From: Terriglobales bacterium
Lineage (GTDB): Bacteria > Acidobacteriota > Terriglobia > Terriglobales > Acidobacteriaceae
Direction of reading: 5' to 3'
DNA: 64,000 nucleotides
Assembly (NCBI GenBank): GCA_035601775.1
Contig: DATNNO010000085.1
Coordinates: 190,826 to 254,825 of the forward strand
This document shows, piece after piece, positions 8,707 to 18,232 of the stretch. Position numbers and translations under genes: made by a program. Every line of letters begins with the position of its first letter. Position 1 is the first letter of the stretch. The notes below the pieces were generated by a model. It was not told where the DNA came from and made no database searches. It worked only from the letters and a program-made list of their open reading frames with translations.

Positions 8707-10221
8707 TTAATTGTCCAACCTAGTCAGTGCTTCCCACGGCTTGATGCCAGCAGGTCCATTTGGCGCCAGGAGCGCCCAGCCTAACCCGGCGGAGTACAAT
8801 AACCCACCGCATGCAACCTGGAGGATCAGCGAGCCATAATGGTGGGCTGGAAACTCTTGTCTCATGAGCAAGAGTACGCCGGCGAGCGGCACACAGAGAC
8901 TCAAGGGCAGCATGTAAGCCTGGCTGAGAAAGGTGCTCAAAGGGATGTCCAGCTCGCGACGGACGTGCCTTGGAAGAAAAAACACGCAGGTAAACGTTAA
9001 TGGAATTGCCGTGCCGAGTGCGACACCGACAATTCCGAAATGAGATAGCAACCAGATGCTCAAAATCAAGTTGATTGCACCTTCGAGCAATAACACTGCG
9101 GCTAGCGTTCGGTGCCTGCCGATGCCGAGCAGGATTCTCGTTGAAGTCGACTGCGCCAGGTAGATGGTTTTGGGCACGGCCAAGATCACCAAAACAAAAT
9201 AGCTGGAAAGATACTTGGTGCCCACCCAAACTTCAATGATCGACCTGCCCAGGATCACCAGAATCGCGCAGAGAGGAAAGATTATGAGTGCACACGCGCG
9301 GTTTCCCGCCACAAGAGTCCGCCGCAGACGCACCACATCTCCAGTAGCATGCAGGTGGCTGGACATAGGAGTAAATATTACCGCCATGCTTCGGACAGCG
9401 GAACTTGAGTATTCGACCAGCTTTGATCCGATCGAGAAATAAGTGACTGCACTCGAAGAAAGCAGCGCTCCGATAAGGATCGGGTCCGATTGGAAGCGGA
9501 GTTTCTCCGCCAGAAGAATCACAAAAGCAAACGCACTATAGCTCAACATCTGCCAAAAGGAGTGACAATCGACATACCTCGGGCTTAACCTTAGAGGGCA
9601 AGCTCGGAAGGCCATCCCCATGAAAATCAGATAGCCGAAGAGGTTCATCCCGACCGTGATGGCCCCAATCGCCACCAACCCGCCCCCCTGGCTCAGCGCA
9701 ATCACGATCAGTAGGCCGCGGAGCAGCGTAACTCCGACCTGGCTAAGATGTAGCCAGGAGAACTTCTGCAACCCCTCGAGAACTGCGGCAAATACGCTTA
9801 GCGGAAAGGACAATGCCACACCGGCGCCCGCCAGCGCAAACAGTACCCGCGCCGATCCGAGAAAGCTAGGTGGTATTTTGAAAAGCGATTGCAGGTGAAA
9901 GAACCCCATTCCAGTAAGTAGCAACACAACCAACGACGCAATGGCATAGAAGGCGACGCTCGTGCTGAGAAAGCAGCTGAGTTTGTCTGCGTTCTGGGTT
10001 GCCGCAAACTTGGCAACATATCGCACGATGGAAGATCGGATCCCAAGATCGAGGAGTCCGTAATATCCGGTCAGGGAGAAGACCAGCACCCACAGGCTAA
10101 ATGCATCATCGCCCAGCCTATGGAGGATGAAGGGAGAAAGAAAGAAACCAACCACCGCGTGGACCAAAAGGCCCAGCCATGTGGCACTAACATTCTTCGC
10201 GGCTTGTTCCCTCAGACTCAT
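8707..10221 (-). CDS. MOP-superfamily oligo/polysaccharide flippase (Wzx-like)
   Basis: 504 aa with ~12-14 TM helices. N-terminal KNVSATWLGLLVHAVVGFFLSPFILHRLG is typical of polysaccharide biosynthesis (PST/MOP) flippases. Confidence 0.7.
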   Translation of the reverse strand: MSLREQAAKNVSATWLGLLVHAVVGFFLSPFILHRLGDDAFSLWVLVFSLTGYYGLLDLGIRSSIVRYVAKFAATQNADKLSCFLSTSVAFYAIASLVVLLLTGMGFFHLQSLFKIPPSFLGSARVLFALAGAGVALSFPLSVFAAVLEGLQKFSWLHLSQVGVTLLRGLLIVIALSQGGGLVAIGAITVGMNLFGYLIFMGMAFRACPLRLSPRYVDCHSFWQMLSYSAFAFVILLAEKLRFQSDPILIGALLSSSAVTYFSIGSKLVEYSSSAVRSMAVIFTPMSSHLHATGDVVRLRRTLVAGNRACALIIFPLCAILVILGRSIIEVWVGTKYLSSYFVLVILAVPKTIYLAQSTSTRILLGIGRHRTLAAVLLLEGAINLILSIWLLSHFGIVGVALGTAIPLTFTCVFFLPRHVRRELDIPLSTFLSQAYMLPLSLCVPLAGVLLLMRQEFPAHHYGSLILQVACGGLLYSAGLGWALLAPNGPAGIKPWEALTRLDN

Positions 10222-11671
10222 GCCAGTTCTTACGAGAAAACTCTAATCTGGTGGAGTCGCCGGGCAACTCGTCCGACCTCCATCGTGGTTCCTCCGAAGC
10301 AGCGTCGTGCTGCTCGCAGCTGAATGCTCGATTCTGGATTGTCAGCGCCGACGAGATCGGTCGCTGCCCAATTACGCCTGGCTGAGGGGCTAAATGTGCG
10401 GTCACTTTGTTCAGCCGCCGCCAACGTGGGATTTCCCAGAGGTATCGTAGCCCTGCCGTCACGTGGAAAAGAAGTCGGATGAGTACGCGCTCGAGTTGTC
10501 GCCCGCGTTCTCCGGAGTTTGTCGAAGATTTGGTTGTTATCGAGCGGGCCCTCCGAAAGAGTTGCTCCCAAGGCAACAGCCGAATCCGCATTAGGTGTCT
10601 CCTGGCCCTTGCGTCAGAAAGATATTGCCGATGAAGGAAGAGGATAACCTTGGCAACTGAGAACAGGCTGAATTGGTCAACTCGATTTTTCCCAAATACC
10701 CACGTCCGCGCATAGTTTTGAATCCAGATTCGAACTGCGGGACGAAGCTCCTCCGCCCAAATCCTTGAGGGCGACGGAAGGGGTGCTCCGTAAAAATGCG
10801 CGGATAGCTCGGTAACCACGACCACCATCTCGCGCAGCAGCGGGTCGCCTCCGATGCGTCGCTCGACGCGTCCCCATAGCAATGTGTCAGGTGCCCGCTG
10901 ACTGAGAAAGTATCCAATCTCGTACAGCCAGGACATTCGCACCCAGCCACTCAAAATGTGGTTGAAAGCGTGGATGACTTGAAGCAGGAATACGTCTTCC
11001 TCGGGAAGCGTACGAAAAGCCAATCCCTGCCATCGATGAGTTCTTATGTTGTCCACAGAGAACTCGGGTTCCGTCAAAGACACGCCATGGGAGTCGCTAT
11101 CCCAGAAGGCGAGACGCAATTCGACCGCATGAGGGGCGTGTGCCTCGTACTGCTCATCGGCAAGCGGCGGCATCCATGCTGATGCCATCAAGAATACGAA
11201 CTCGTTAGCGGAGGACTTTTTCAGGGAGTATCCAGCGTCCTCCAGTACGCGTCGCGCCACTGGCAGCGATTGATTATCAACCAAGTAGTCGAAGTCGCTC
11301 TGGTGCCGTAGAGACGCATCGGGACAGAACTGAGGGACAAGGGAAAGCCCCTTCACGGCCGCATATCTCACGCCGGCGCCATTGAATTTCTGGTTGAGAA
11401 AATCAAATTGACGCGCCATGTAGGCGACACGTCGCCGATTGGCAGTTAAGTTCTCCTCGAGGCGAGACAATGTCGACCTCGGCAGTATGTCGGTGGCGTT
11501 TGTGTCCTTGAGTTTTTGTAATAGATAAAGGATTAAGCCAGCATCGTGCAGCCATGTGAGTGCGTGCTCCCACTCACGGCGACGAAATCCCCTCAGTTCG
11601 TTTAGGCAGCCACTTGTCTTTCCTGAAAAACTCAGGAAATCGACGATGGCGTTGGGCAAAGTTTGCCTCAC
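10187..11671 (-). CDS. Uncharacterised nucleotidyltransferase-like protein (NTP_transf_5/PF14907-like)
   Basis: GTG start at 11671. GLSLVPQFCPDASLRHQSDFDYLV resembles the DxD-containing core of the NTP_transf_5 family. The 3-prime end overlaps the flippase start by 35 nt. Assignment is by eye only. Confidence 0.45.
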   Translation of the reverse strand: MRQTLPNAIVDFLSFSGKTSGCLNELRGFRRREWEHALTWLHDAGLILYLLQKLKDTNATDILPRSTLSRLEENLTANRRRVAYMARQFDFLNQKFNGAGVRYAAVKGLSLVPQFCPDASLRHQSDFDYLVDNQSLPVARRVLEDAGYSLKKSSANEFVFLMASAWMPPLADEQYEAHAPHAVELRLAFWDSDSHGVSLTEPEFSVDNIRTHRWQGLAFRTLPEEDVFLLQVIHAFNHILSGWVRMSWLYEIGYFLSQRAPDTLLWGRVERRIGGDPLLREMVVVVTELSAHFYGAPLPSPSRIWAEELRPAVRIWIQNYARTWVFGKNRVDQFSLFSVAKVILFLHRQYLSDARARRHLMRIRLLPWEQLFRRARSITTKSSTNSGERGRQLERVLIRLLFHVTAGLRYLWEIPRWRRLNKVTAHLAPQPGVIGQRPISSALTIQNRAFSCEQHDAASEEPRWRSDELPGDSTRLEFSRKNWHESEGTSREEC

Positions 11672-11822
11672 GACCCGACCTGGACTGGTCCTTCCGCAGA
11701 GAATCGAGCGGGAAATATTGTTCTAAGCTGTGAGGACAACGTCAATGGCAACAGCAGTTCTCGTTGCTGAGAAGCTGGGTTCTCCCTAGCGGACGCCATC
11801 GTGAAAGTGATAACCAGAGTTC

Positions 11823-12605
11823 TCACCGCCCACCTCGCAACCTGGTCTCCGCCGAGGTACGTCTAAACTGGCAGACTAGAACCGCGGGCAGTTGGCAGGC
11901 CCGTGTGAACAAATGGCTTTTCCCCGCTCGGGCGAAGATCGGCTTTTCCGGTTCTCCAAGGCAGAGTGGGAGGTGTGTAAGGCACTCGAACCCTCCCGAG
12001 TAGAAAGCTCGGATAATTTCTTCAGCCGTGCGAGGCAACATCTCGATTTGCATGGCACTGCGGGAATCACGGAAGCCAGTTCGCCATCCTCGCGCGTATG
12101 CCTCGGGGTGGAGATCACTGACAAAAACATCCGCTCCAGCCTTCATCACCCGTGCCAGCTCGCGCACCATCGCTCCCAGGTCACGGATGTGTCCGAGAGC
12201 GAACGAACAGACAACAAGGTCGAAAACCTCTGATCGGAATGGAAGCGCGAGGCAATCGGCCTGTGCCAGCCGTCCCGCTATCGCGGCCTTTTTTCCGGCA
12301 ACCCGAAGCATCGCAGCCGACAAATCAACGCCGATTCCTACACCGGCACCCCGCCCCGTAAGCTTCTCGAGCCACCGGCCGGTACCGCACGCGAGATCAA
12401 GCACGTGTCTGCCACTCAAGTCGGGAAGGTGCGCCGCGAGCTTACGTTCTTCGAGATTGAGTAACGGGTTGGGAGCCTGGTCATAGGTTGGTGCCCAACG
12501 CTCATAACCTTCCGCGACGGAAACATAAGGAGCAACCGAAAAATCGGCTCTACAATTCGATGATCCGATATCGCCGGATTCCGACGTGCTGGAGATCTGG
12601 TTCAC
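11823..12605 (-). CDS. Class I SAM-dependent methyltransferase
   Basis: VLDLACGTGRWLEKL (motif I) and FDLVVCSFALGHI. Start set to GTG at 12605, which overlaps the upstream rSAM stop as GTGA (12602-12605). The track ORF runs on to 12878 inside the rSAM gene. Confidence 0.8.
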   Translation of the reverse strand: MNQISSTSESGDIGSSNCRADFSVAPYVSVAEGYERWAPTYDQAPNPLLNLEERKLAAHLPDLSGRHVLDLACGTGRWLEKLTGRGAGVGIGVDLSAAMLRVAGKKAAIAGRLAQADCLALPFRSEVFDLVVCSFALGHIRDLGAMVRELARVMKAGADVFVSDLHPEAYARGWRTGFRDSRSAMQIEMLPRTAEEIIRAFYSGGFECLTHLPLCLGEPEKPIFARAGKSHLFTRACQLPAVLVCQFRRTSAETRLRGGR

Positions 12606-14065
12606 AGGCTTTCCGCCTTCGGCTTCCGCAGGTCGATGAACTCCTGGGTCCATTTCAGTTCCAGGGGCGCGGCATAGACGCCTAGCCGATATCGCCAACT
12701 GCTCAGGGCTTTGAGCACGACGCGGCCCCAGTTGGGCAAACGGATGTCCTGCACCGTCGGCCACCTGGAGGACACCACCAATTCGAAGTTGTCGATCAAC
12801 TGCTTGGTGCCAGGCCGCAGCCAGGGTGTTTGGGGATCCTTCTGAGTGGCGAATCGCTGCCAAGAATCCGTTGCCCACTCATCCGGGGTGGTGGGAAACT
12901 GAAACTTGTCCTCGACATCTCCATACATACGCGCACGCTGCGGAACCGGAGTGTAATGCTCGACGATGATCTCTGAATCTGGATTCAGCCGCTTCAGTTG
13001 GCGGATGAATTTGATGCACTCCCGAGTGTCGGCTTCGGGATCCTTTGGATTTCCGAAGATGATGGAGAATTCGGGAATGATGCCGAAGCGCCGTATTCGC
13101 GAAGCTAGAGCGAGAGTGTCTTCGGCGCAGAGGTCCTTATTCATCTCCTTTAGGTTTTCGTTCGATCCCGATTCGGCGCCGAAGAAAATCATGGCGCAGC
13201 CGGCGCGGCGAATGGCTTCGAACGTGGCGTCCGAGTACTTCATCATGATGTCGGTACGGCCTTCGCACCACCATCGCATCTTGAGCGGGGCCATCCGGTC
13301 CGCCAGTTCACGGGTGTGGTCCTCGCGCAGGAAAAAATTGTTGTCGTAAAACTGAATGGCATCGACGCCATAGGTTTGGGCGAGGTGGCGCAGCATGCCT
13401 TCGGTCCGAGCCGGCGATTCCATCTTTTCGCGGCTGCCGGAAAAGTTGACTACTCCGCAAAAATTGCAGCGAAAAGGGCACCCAATGCTAGCCTGGTGAA
13501 CCGCGGTGCGGCGGCCTAGGAACGTAGGCAGGAAATATCTCTCTGCCGGAATGCGATGGTATGGGTACCAGGGAAAATCGTCGGGACTTCGCATGGGACG
13601 CTCAGGATTGTGACGAGGAGTTCCGTCAGCGTCCTTGTAAGAGAGCCCGTTGATACTCTTGAGATCGCGATGTCCACGAATTGCTTCCAGCAAGTCGAGC
13701 AAAGTCTGCTCGCCCTGGCCGCGGACCGCGTAATCTACGTAGCCTGCGTTGAGAGCGGCAGCCGTATAGTTGGTAGCGAAGTAGCCTCCCCAAACGATCG
13801 GCAGGTGCGGGAATCGTGCTCGAACCTCGCGGCAGCTTGCGACAGCACCGACCGTCTGCGGTCCCGGCATGACCGTAACTGCCAGGAGTTCAATCCCATG
13901 CTCCCTGATCAGCGCGACCAGACTCTCGGTGGGATTTGGATCGATGTTGCCATCGACGATGGTGTATTCCTCTTTGCCCTCGAGCACTGCCGCGATCGCT
14001 AAGATCGACAACGGGAGGCGGCGGTTACGAGGCTTGGTTGCCTTCGGGTTATACAAGACGATCAT
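12602..14065 (-). CDS. B12-binding-domain radical SAM protein (class B rSAM), subfamily 1
   Basis: CPFRCNFC motif. N-terminal MIVLYNPKA ... VTVMPGPQ ... VWGGYF. The C-terminal extension ends in W-Y-LG ... LELKW, analogous to the paralogues. Confidence 0.85.
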   Translation of the reverse strand: MIVLYNPKATKPRNRRLPLSILAIAAVLEGKEEYTIVDGNIDPNPTESLVALIREHGIELLAVTVMPGPQTVGAVASCREVRARFPHLPIVWGGYFATNYTAAALNAGYVDYAVRGQGEQTLLDLLEAIRGHRDLKSINGLSYKDADGTPRHNPERPMRSPDDFPWYPYHRIPAERYFLPTFLGRRTAVHQASIGCPFRCNFCGVVNFSGSREKMESPARTEGMLRHLAQTYGVDAIQFYDNNFFLREDHTRELADRMAPLKMRWWCEGRTDIMMKYSDATFEAIRRAGCAMIFFGAESGSNENLKEMNKDLCAEDTLALASRIRRFGIIPEFSIIFGNPKDPEADTRECIKFIRQLKRLNPDSEIIVEHYTPVPQRARMYGDVEDKFQFPTTPDEWATDSWQRFATQKDPQTPWLRPGTKQLIDNFELVVSSRWPTVQDIRLPNWGRVVLKALSSWRYRLGVYAAPLELKWTQEFIDLRKPKAESL

Positions 14066-14133
14066 GTGCTAGGTGTCACCCCGAGACTGGAGACTGGTTG
14101 GCGCAGTTAAGGTACCAATCGGAGGGAGGGGAC

Positions 14134-14269
14134 TTGTCTCTAATTTGTCAACATTCTGCAAATTCCCCGTGACTATCCATCGATTTTTCGGTCTCCATCT
14201 CATAGTGCCACAAAGAAGTGACACAAATTTGACAATCTGCTGACAAAACACCTGTCCCATCTGTCCTAG
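14134..14269. promoter_or_regulatory. Bidirectional control region, copy B, between divergent rSAM genes
   Basis: Paralogue of 6969..7103 in the same orientation. TGTCT/TGTCA/TGCAA at 14135, 14146 and 14157. TGACA at 14219, 14230 and 14241. Terminal TCCTAG at 14264-14269. Confidence 0.55.
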
Positions 14270-14471
14270 ATTTGCTTACTCCTCTTGCATAGGTGCGGTA
14301 GATGCTGCGAAGCAATCGACCGCAATGGAGACGCGAGAGTATATTGGCGAGTGTGGTTTGGCGATCCCGCGCCTCTTAGAAGACGACGCCTCCTGACGAG
14401 CGCGGAGCTGAGCGAGCGTACGTAGGAAGTTTGCTGATATTTTTACTACCGACGAGCGAGGCGCAACTAGC

Positions 14472-15983
14472 GTGGCTGACGTTCTGCTAACCCATTCCTA
14501 TCACCTTTATTACGACCGCAAGCAGACGCGGAAAATGCAGCCTTATCCTCCGCTCGGCACGCTTTATGCGGCTGCCTTGCTGCGAAGCGCGGGCCTATCC
14601 GTCGCGTTGTTCGACACCATGCTCAACGATCCCGAGCAAGGGTTTCAGGCTGCTCTCGACGAGCACCGACCCCGGGTCGTCGTGGTCTACGAGGACAACT
14701 TTAACTTTCTTACGAAGATGTGCCTCACCCGCATGCGGGAAGTTGCCTATCACATTCTTGAGGTCTCGCAGAAGGCCGGGACCGCGGTCCTGGTAAATGG
14801 CTCTGATGCTTCCGATCACGCTCTGGAGTACCTTCGAAAAGGCTTCCGCTCCGTGCTGCTGGGCGAGGCGGAATGGACATTGTTAGAAGCAATCCAACAT
14901 CTCTTGAAAGGGGACAGCCAGGAAATAGCACAGACTCCCGGGCTGGCATATTTGGATGACGAGACTCAAGAACTAGTCCGGACGCCACATCGCCCGCTTA
15001 CGCGCGATCTCGACCTCTTGTCATTTCCTGCCCGCGATCTGATCGATGCGGCTCAATACCGCACTGCATGGAAAACTGCTCACGGCTATTTCTCCCTGAA
15101 TATTGTCGCGAGCCGCGGTTGCCCCTACCGCTGCAATTGGTGCGCAAAGCCCATTTATGGCGACTCATTCGCCGTGCGGTCGGCATGGAGCGTTGCCGAA
15201 GAGATGAGGCGGCTGAAATACGACTTCGGCGCTGAGCATCTGTGGTTCGCCGATGACATCTTCGGCCTCCGAGCGAAATGGGTCCGCGAACTTGCTGTGG
15301 AGGTCGAGAGGCTAGACGCTGCCGTACCTTTCAAGATGCAGTCCCGAGTTGATTTGATGACCGTCGACACCGTACGCGCTTTGCGCCGGGCCGGGTGCGC
15401 CGAAGTCTGGTTAGGTGTCGAGTCGGGGTCCCAGAAGATTCTGGATGCAATGGATAAGGGAACTCGAGTGGAACAGATCGCGAAAGCACGGGAGAATTTG
15501 CGGAACGAGGGGATTCGGGCATGCTATTTCCTTCAGTTTGGATACCAAGGCGAGACCTGGGAGGACATTCAGAAGACGGTGAAACTCGTGCAAGATACGC
15601 GTCCCGACGATGTAGGAGTCTCGGTTTCGTACCCGCTCCCGGGAACAAAATTCTTCGACCGAGTGCAGGCACAGTTGGGCGACAAGACCAATTGGTCGGA
15701 TAGCGAAGACCTTTCCATGATGTTCCAGGGCGCGTACACAGACGAGTTCTATCGCGCCTTGCACGACGCTTTGCATGCCCAAGTTGATTCTTGGCATTCA
15801 CACAAAGCGCAGGCCACCGGGAAGGACCTGCGTGCAAACCTTGACCCAGACGAACTGTGGAAGCGAGTCGTGCAGCTTGAGAAATCGTGCCGTAGCGCTC
15901 GCCCCACCGTTGTGCCGAGTCTTGCAAGCCAACAACTGGTGCAATTGCAGGCAGGCCCTGGCCTGACGTGCGGGGATGACTAG
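14472..15983 (+). CDS. B12-binding-domain radical SAM protein (class B rSAM), subfamily 2
   Basis: GTG start. CPYRCNWC motif. N-terminus VLLTHSYHLYYDRKQTRKMQPYPPLGTLYAAALLRSAGLSV is paralogous to 16006..17400. Confidence 0.85.
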   Translation: MADVLLTHSYHLYYDRKQTRKMQPYPPLGTLYAAALLRSAGLSVALFDTMLNDPEQGFQAALDEHRPRVVVVYEDNFNFLTKMCLTRMREVAYHILEVSQKAGTAVLVNGSDASDHALEYLRKGFRSVLLGEAEWTLLEAIQHLLKGDSQEIAQTPGLAYLDDETQELVRTPHRPLTRDLDLLSFPARDLIDAAQYRTAWKTAHGYFSLNIVASRGCPYRCNWCAKPIYGDSFAVRSAWSVAEEMRRLKYDFGAEHLWFADDIFGLRAKWVRELAVEVERLDAAVPFKMQSRVDLMTVDTVRALRRAGCAEVWLGVESGSQKILDAMDKGTRVEQIAKARENLRNEGIRACYFLQFGYQGETWEDIQKTVKLVQDTRPDDVGVSVSYPLPGTKFFDRVQAQLGDKTNWSDSEDLSMMFQGAYTDEFYRALHDALHAQVDSWHSHKAQATGKDLRANLDPDELWKRVVQLEKSCRSARPTVVPSLASQQLVQLQAGPGLTCGDD

Positions 15984-16005
15984 ATCCCGCGGGCCGAATC
16001 GAAAC

Positions 16006-17400
16006 ATGGACATACTTCTCACTCACGGTTACTTCCTTTACGAGGATCCTAAGGAGCTTCAAATCATGAAGCCCTATCCTCCACTGGGGATCCTGTACAT
16101 CTGCGCGCATCTGCGGAGCAAGGGCCTGAGTGTTGAGGTGTTCGATTCCACTTTCTCATCGCGCCAGCAACTATTTGAACTGCTCCAGCAGGGCCCTCCA
16201 TCCGTGCTCGGCATCTACGCAAATCTGATGACCCGACCCAACGTCGTCGAGATTCTGCGTGTCGCAAAGGATGCAGGCTGGAAGACGATGGTTGGTGGCC
16301 CGGAGCCCAGTGCTTATATCGACGAGTACCTCGAAGCGGGTGCAGACGTCATTGTGATCGGTGAGGGAGAAGTCACGCTGGAGGAATTGGTACCGGTGTT
16401 GAATTCGCATTCCGTCGACGCCTTACAGCACGTCAACGGCATTGCTTTCCGGGCTGCGGACGGAACCATCATCCGCACGCCTCCGCGAGATCAACTCCGA
16501 GACATCGATGCTCAGCCTTGGCCGGCGCGCGAATCGATCGATTTGACGCGCTATCTGACAGTCTGGCGCGAGCACCACGGCATGGGGTCGGTGTCGCTGA
16601 TCACGGCTCGCGGTTGCCCCTATCATTGCCGCTGGTGCAGCCACGAAGTTTTTGGCAAAACCCACCGCCGCAGAAAGCCGGCGTCGGTGGCCGACGAACT
16701 TGAGTGGCTAATTGGTCGATACCAACCCGAAATGGCTTGGATGGCCGATGACGTCTTCACCATTCACCACGGTTGGCTCTTTCAGTACGCCGCCGAACTT
16801 AAGCGGCGGGGACTGAAGTTGCCTTTTGAATGTATTTCGCGCGCCGACCGGTTGAGTCCTCAAGTTGTCGCAACCCTCGCTGAAATGGGATGCTTTCGCG
16901 TGTGGATCGGCTCCGAGAGCGGCTCGCAGCGCATCTTGGATGCTATGGAACGGGGCGTCACCGCTGAAGAAGTACGATCCGCGGTAGCTATGTGCAAATC
17001 GCACGGAATCAAAACTGGAATGTTTCTGATGTGGGGCTACGAGGGCGAGGAGCTTGGCGATATCGAAGCGACTATTGAGCACGTGAAGAAAACTGATCCC
17101 GATATCTTCTTCACCACCGTTGCATATCCGATCAAAGGCACTCCCTACTTCGCGGAAGTTGCAGACCGCGTTGAGAACCTCAAGCCGTGGAACGTGGGCT
17201 CGGACAGGGAGGTTCGCATTCGTAACCGGCATTCACGTCAGTTTTACAGCTTTGCCGATAAGTTGCTTCGCAGCGAAGTTGAGCTGGAACGCCTCCGGAA
17301 CGAACCTATTGTTGACGGATACGCCATTGCGGAATTGCAATCCAAAGTCTCTGATTTCCGCGCTGGCTTGACAGCGGCTGCCCATGAGATGGAGACCTGA
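16006..17400 (+). CDS. B12-binding-domain radical SAM protein (class B rSAM), subfamily 2
   Basis: CPYHCRWC motif. N-terminus MDILLTHGYFLYEDPKELQIMKPYPPLGILYICAHLRSKGLSV. ATG at 16006 is preferred over the track start at 15976, which overlaps the upstream gene. Confidence 0.85.
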   Translation: MDILLTHGYFLYEDPKELQIMKPYPPLGILYICAHLRSKGLSVEVFDSTFSSRQQLFELLQQGPPSVLGIYANLMTRPNVVEILRVAKDAGWKTMVGGPEPSAYIDEYLEAGADVIVIGEGEVTLEELVPVLNSHSVDALQHVNGIAFRAADGTIIRTPPRDQLRDIDAQPWPARESIDLTRYLTVWREHHGMGSVSLITARGCPYHCRWCSHEVFGKTHRRRKPASVADELEWLIGRYQPEMAWMADDVFTIHHGWLFQYAAELKRRGLKLPFECISRADRLSPQVVATLAEMGCFRVWIGSESGSQRILDAMERGVTAEEVRSAVAMCKSHGIKTGMFLMWGYEGEELGDIEATIEHVKKTDPDIFFTTVAYPIKGTPYFAEVADRVENLKPWNVGSDREVRIRNRHSRQFYSFADKLLRSEVELERLRNEPIVDGYAIAELQSKVSDFRAGLTAAAHEMET

Positions 17401-17404
17401 GCCC

Positions 17405-18232
17405 ATGGCAGTCGCTCAAGCGCAAATTTATGCAGCCCCGTTCGACGCTATCGCCGAGCGCTACGACGAGACTTTTACCACGTCGAAGATCGGCCGAGCC
17501 CAACGCGCATCGGTGTGGAAAGAACTTGAGAGAGTATTTCGCCCTGATGATCGTGTTCTTGAAATTGGCTGTGGCACGGGTGTAGATGCGTGTTTTCTGG
17601 CAGAGCATGGCGTGACGGTGGTTGCCTGCGACAACTCACCTCAAATGATCACAGTGACGACTCGCAGAGTCAAAGAAAACGGAAAAGATAGTTTGGTGTT
17701 TCCGCATTTGCTCGCGGCCGAAGACATAGCCAGCTTGCAAAACGGCGACTCCTTCGATGGAGCATTCTCGAACTTCGGGGCGCTCAATTGTGTTCAGGAT
17801 CTCCAGCGATTCGCTAGAGACTTGGCGATTCTTCTCAAGCCCGGTGCGACGGCTTTGCTCTGTTGGATGGGCCCGTGCTGCTTATGGGAAATCATGTGGT
17901 ATCTCGCTCAGGGAAAACCGGGCAAAGCCCTCCGACGATTCCGTCGCGCGGGCGTGACCGCGCGACTGGCAGAGGGAGCAACCGTTCGGGTGCATTACCC
18001 TTCGGTACGGTTACTCGCACACATCTTCGCACCTCAATTTCGCCTCGTGTCCATCAAAGGGATTGGTGTTTCGGTGCCGCCGAGCTACCTCGAAACTTGG
18101 GCAAATCGGTTTCCAGGTCTATTCGGTTTGAGTATGCGAGCCGATTCACTCTTGGGCCGCTGCCCCGGCATGCGCGCGGTTGCCGACCATATCCTGCTGG
18201 AATTCCGTCGTGAAAATCTTGAGTGGCGATAA
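17405..18232 (+). CDS. Class I SAM-dependent methyltransferase
   Basis: VLEIGCGTGVDACFLAEHG (motif I) and FDGAFSNFGALNCV. ATG at 17405, 5 nt after the upstream stop. Confidence 0.8.
   Translation: MAVAQAQIYAAPFDAIAERYDETFTTSKIGRAQRASVWKELERVFRPDDRVLEIGCGTGVDACFLAEHGVTVVACDNSPQMITVTTRRVKENGKDSLVFPHLLAAEDIASLQNGDSFDGAFSNFGALNCVQDLQRFARDLAILLKPGATALLCWMGPCCLWEIMWYLAQGKPGKALRRFRRAGVTARLAEGATVRVHYPSVRLLAHIFAPQFRLVSIKGIGVSVPPSYLETWANRFPGLFGLSMRADSLLGRCPGMRAVADHILLEFRRENLEWR

Noticed and set aside
14325-14396. 23-codon ORF (METREYIGECGLAIPRLLEDDAS*) upstream of the subfamily-2 rSAM genes as a possible RiPP precursor.
   Set aside because: It has no Shine-Dalgarno sequence, no paralogous copy in the duplicated control region at 6969-7133, and no RRE or protease partner in the cluster. 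It cannot be supported from sequence alone, but it is worth a look if homologous loci conserve it.
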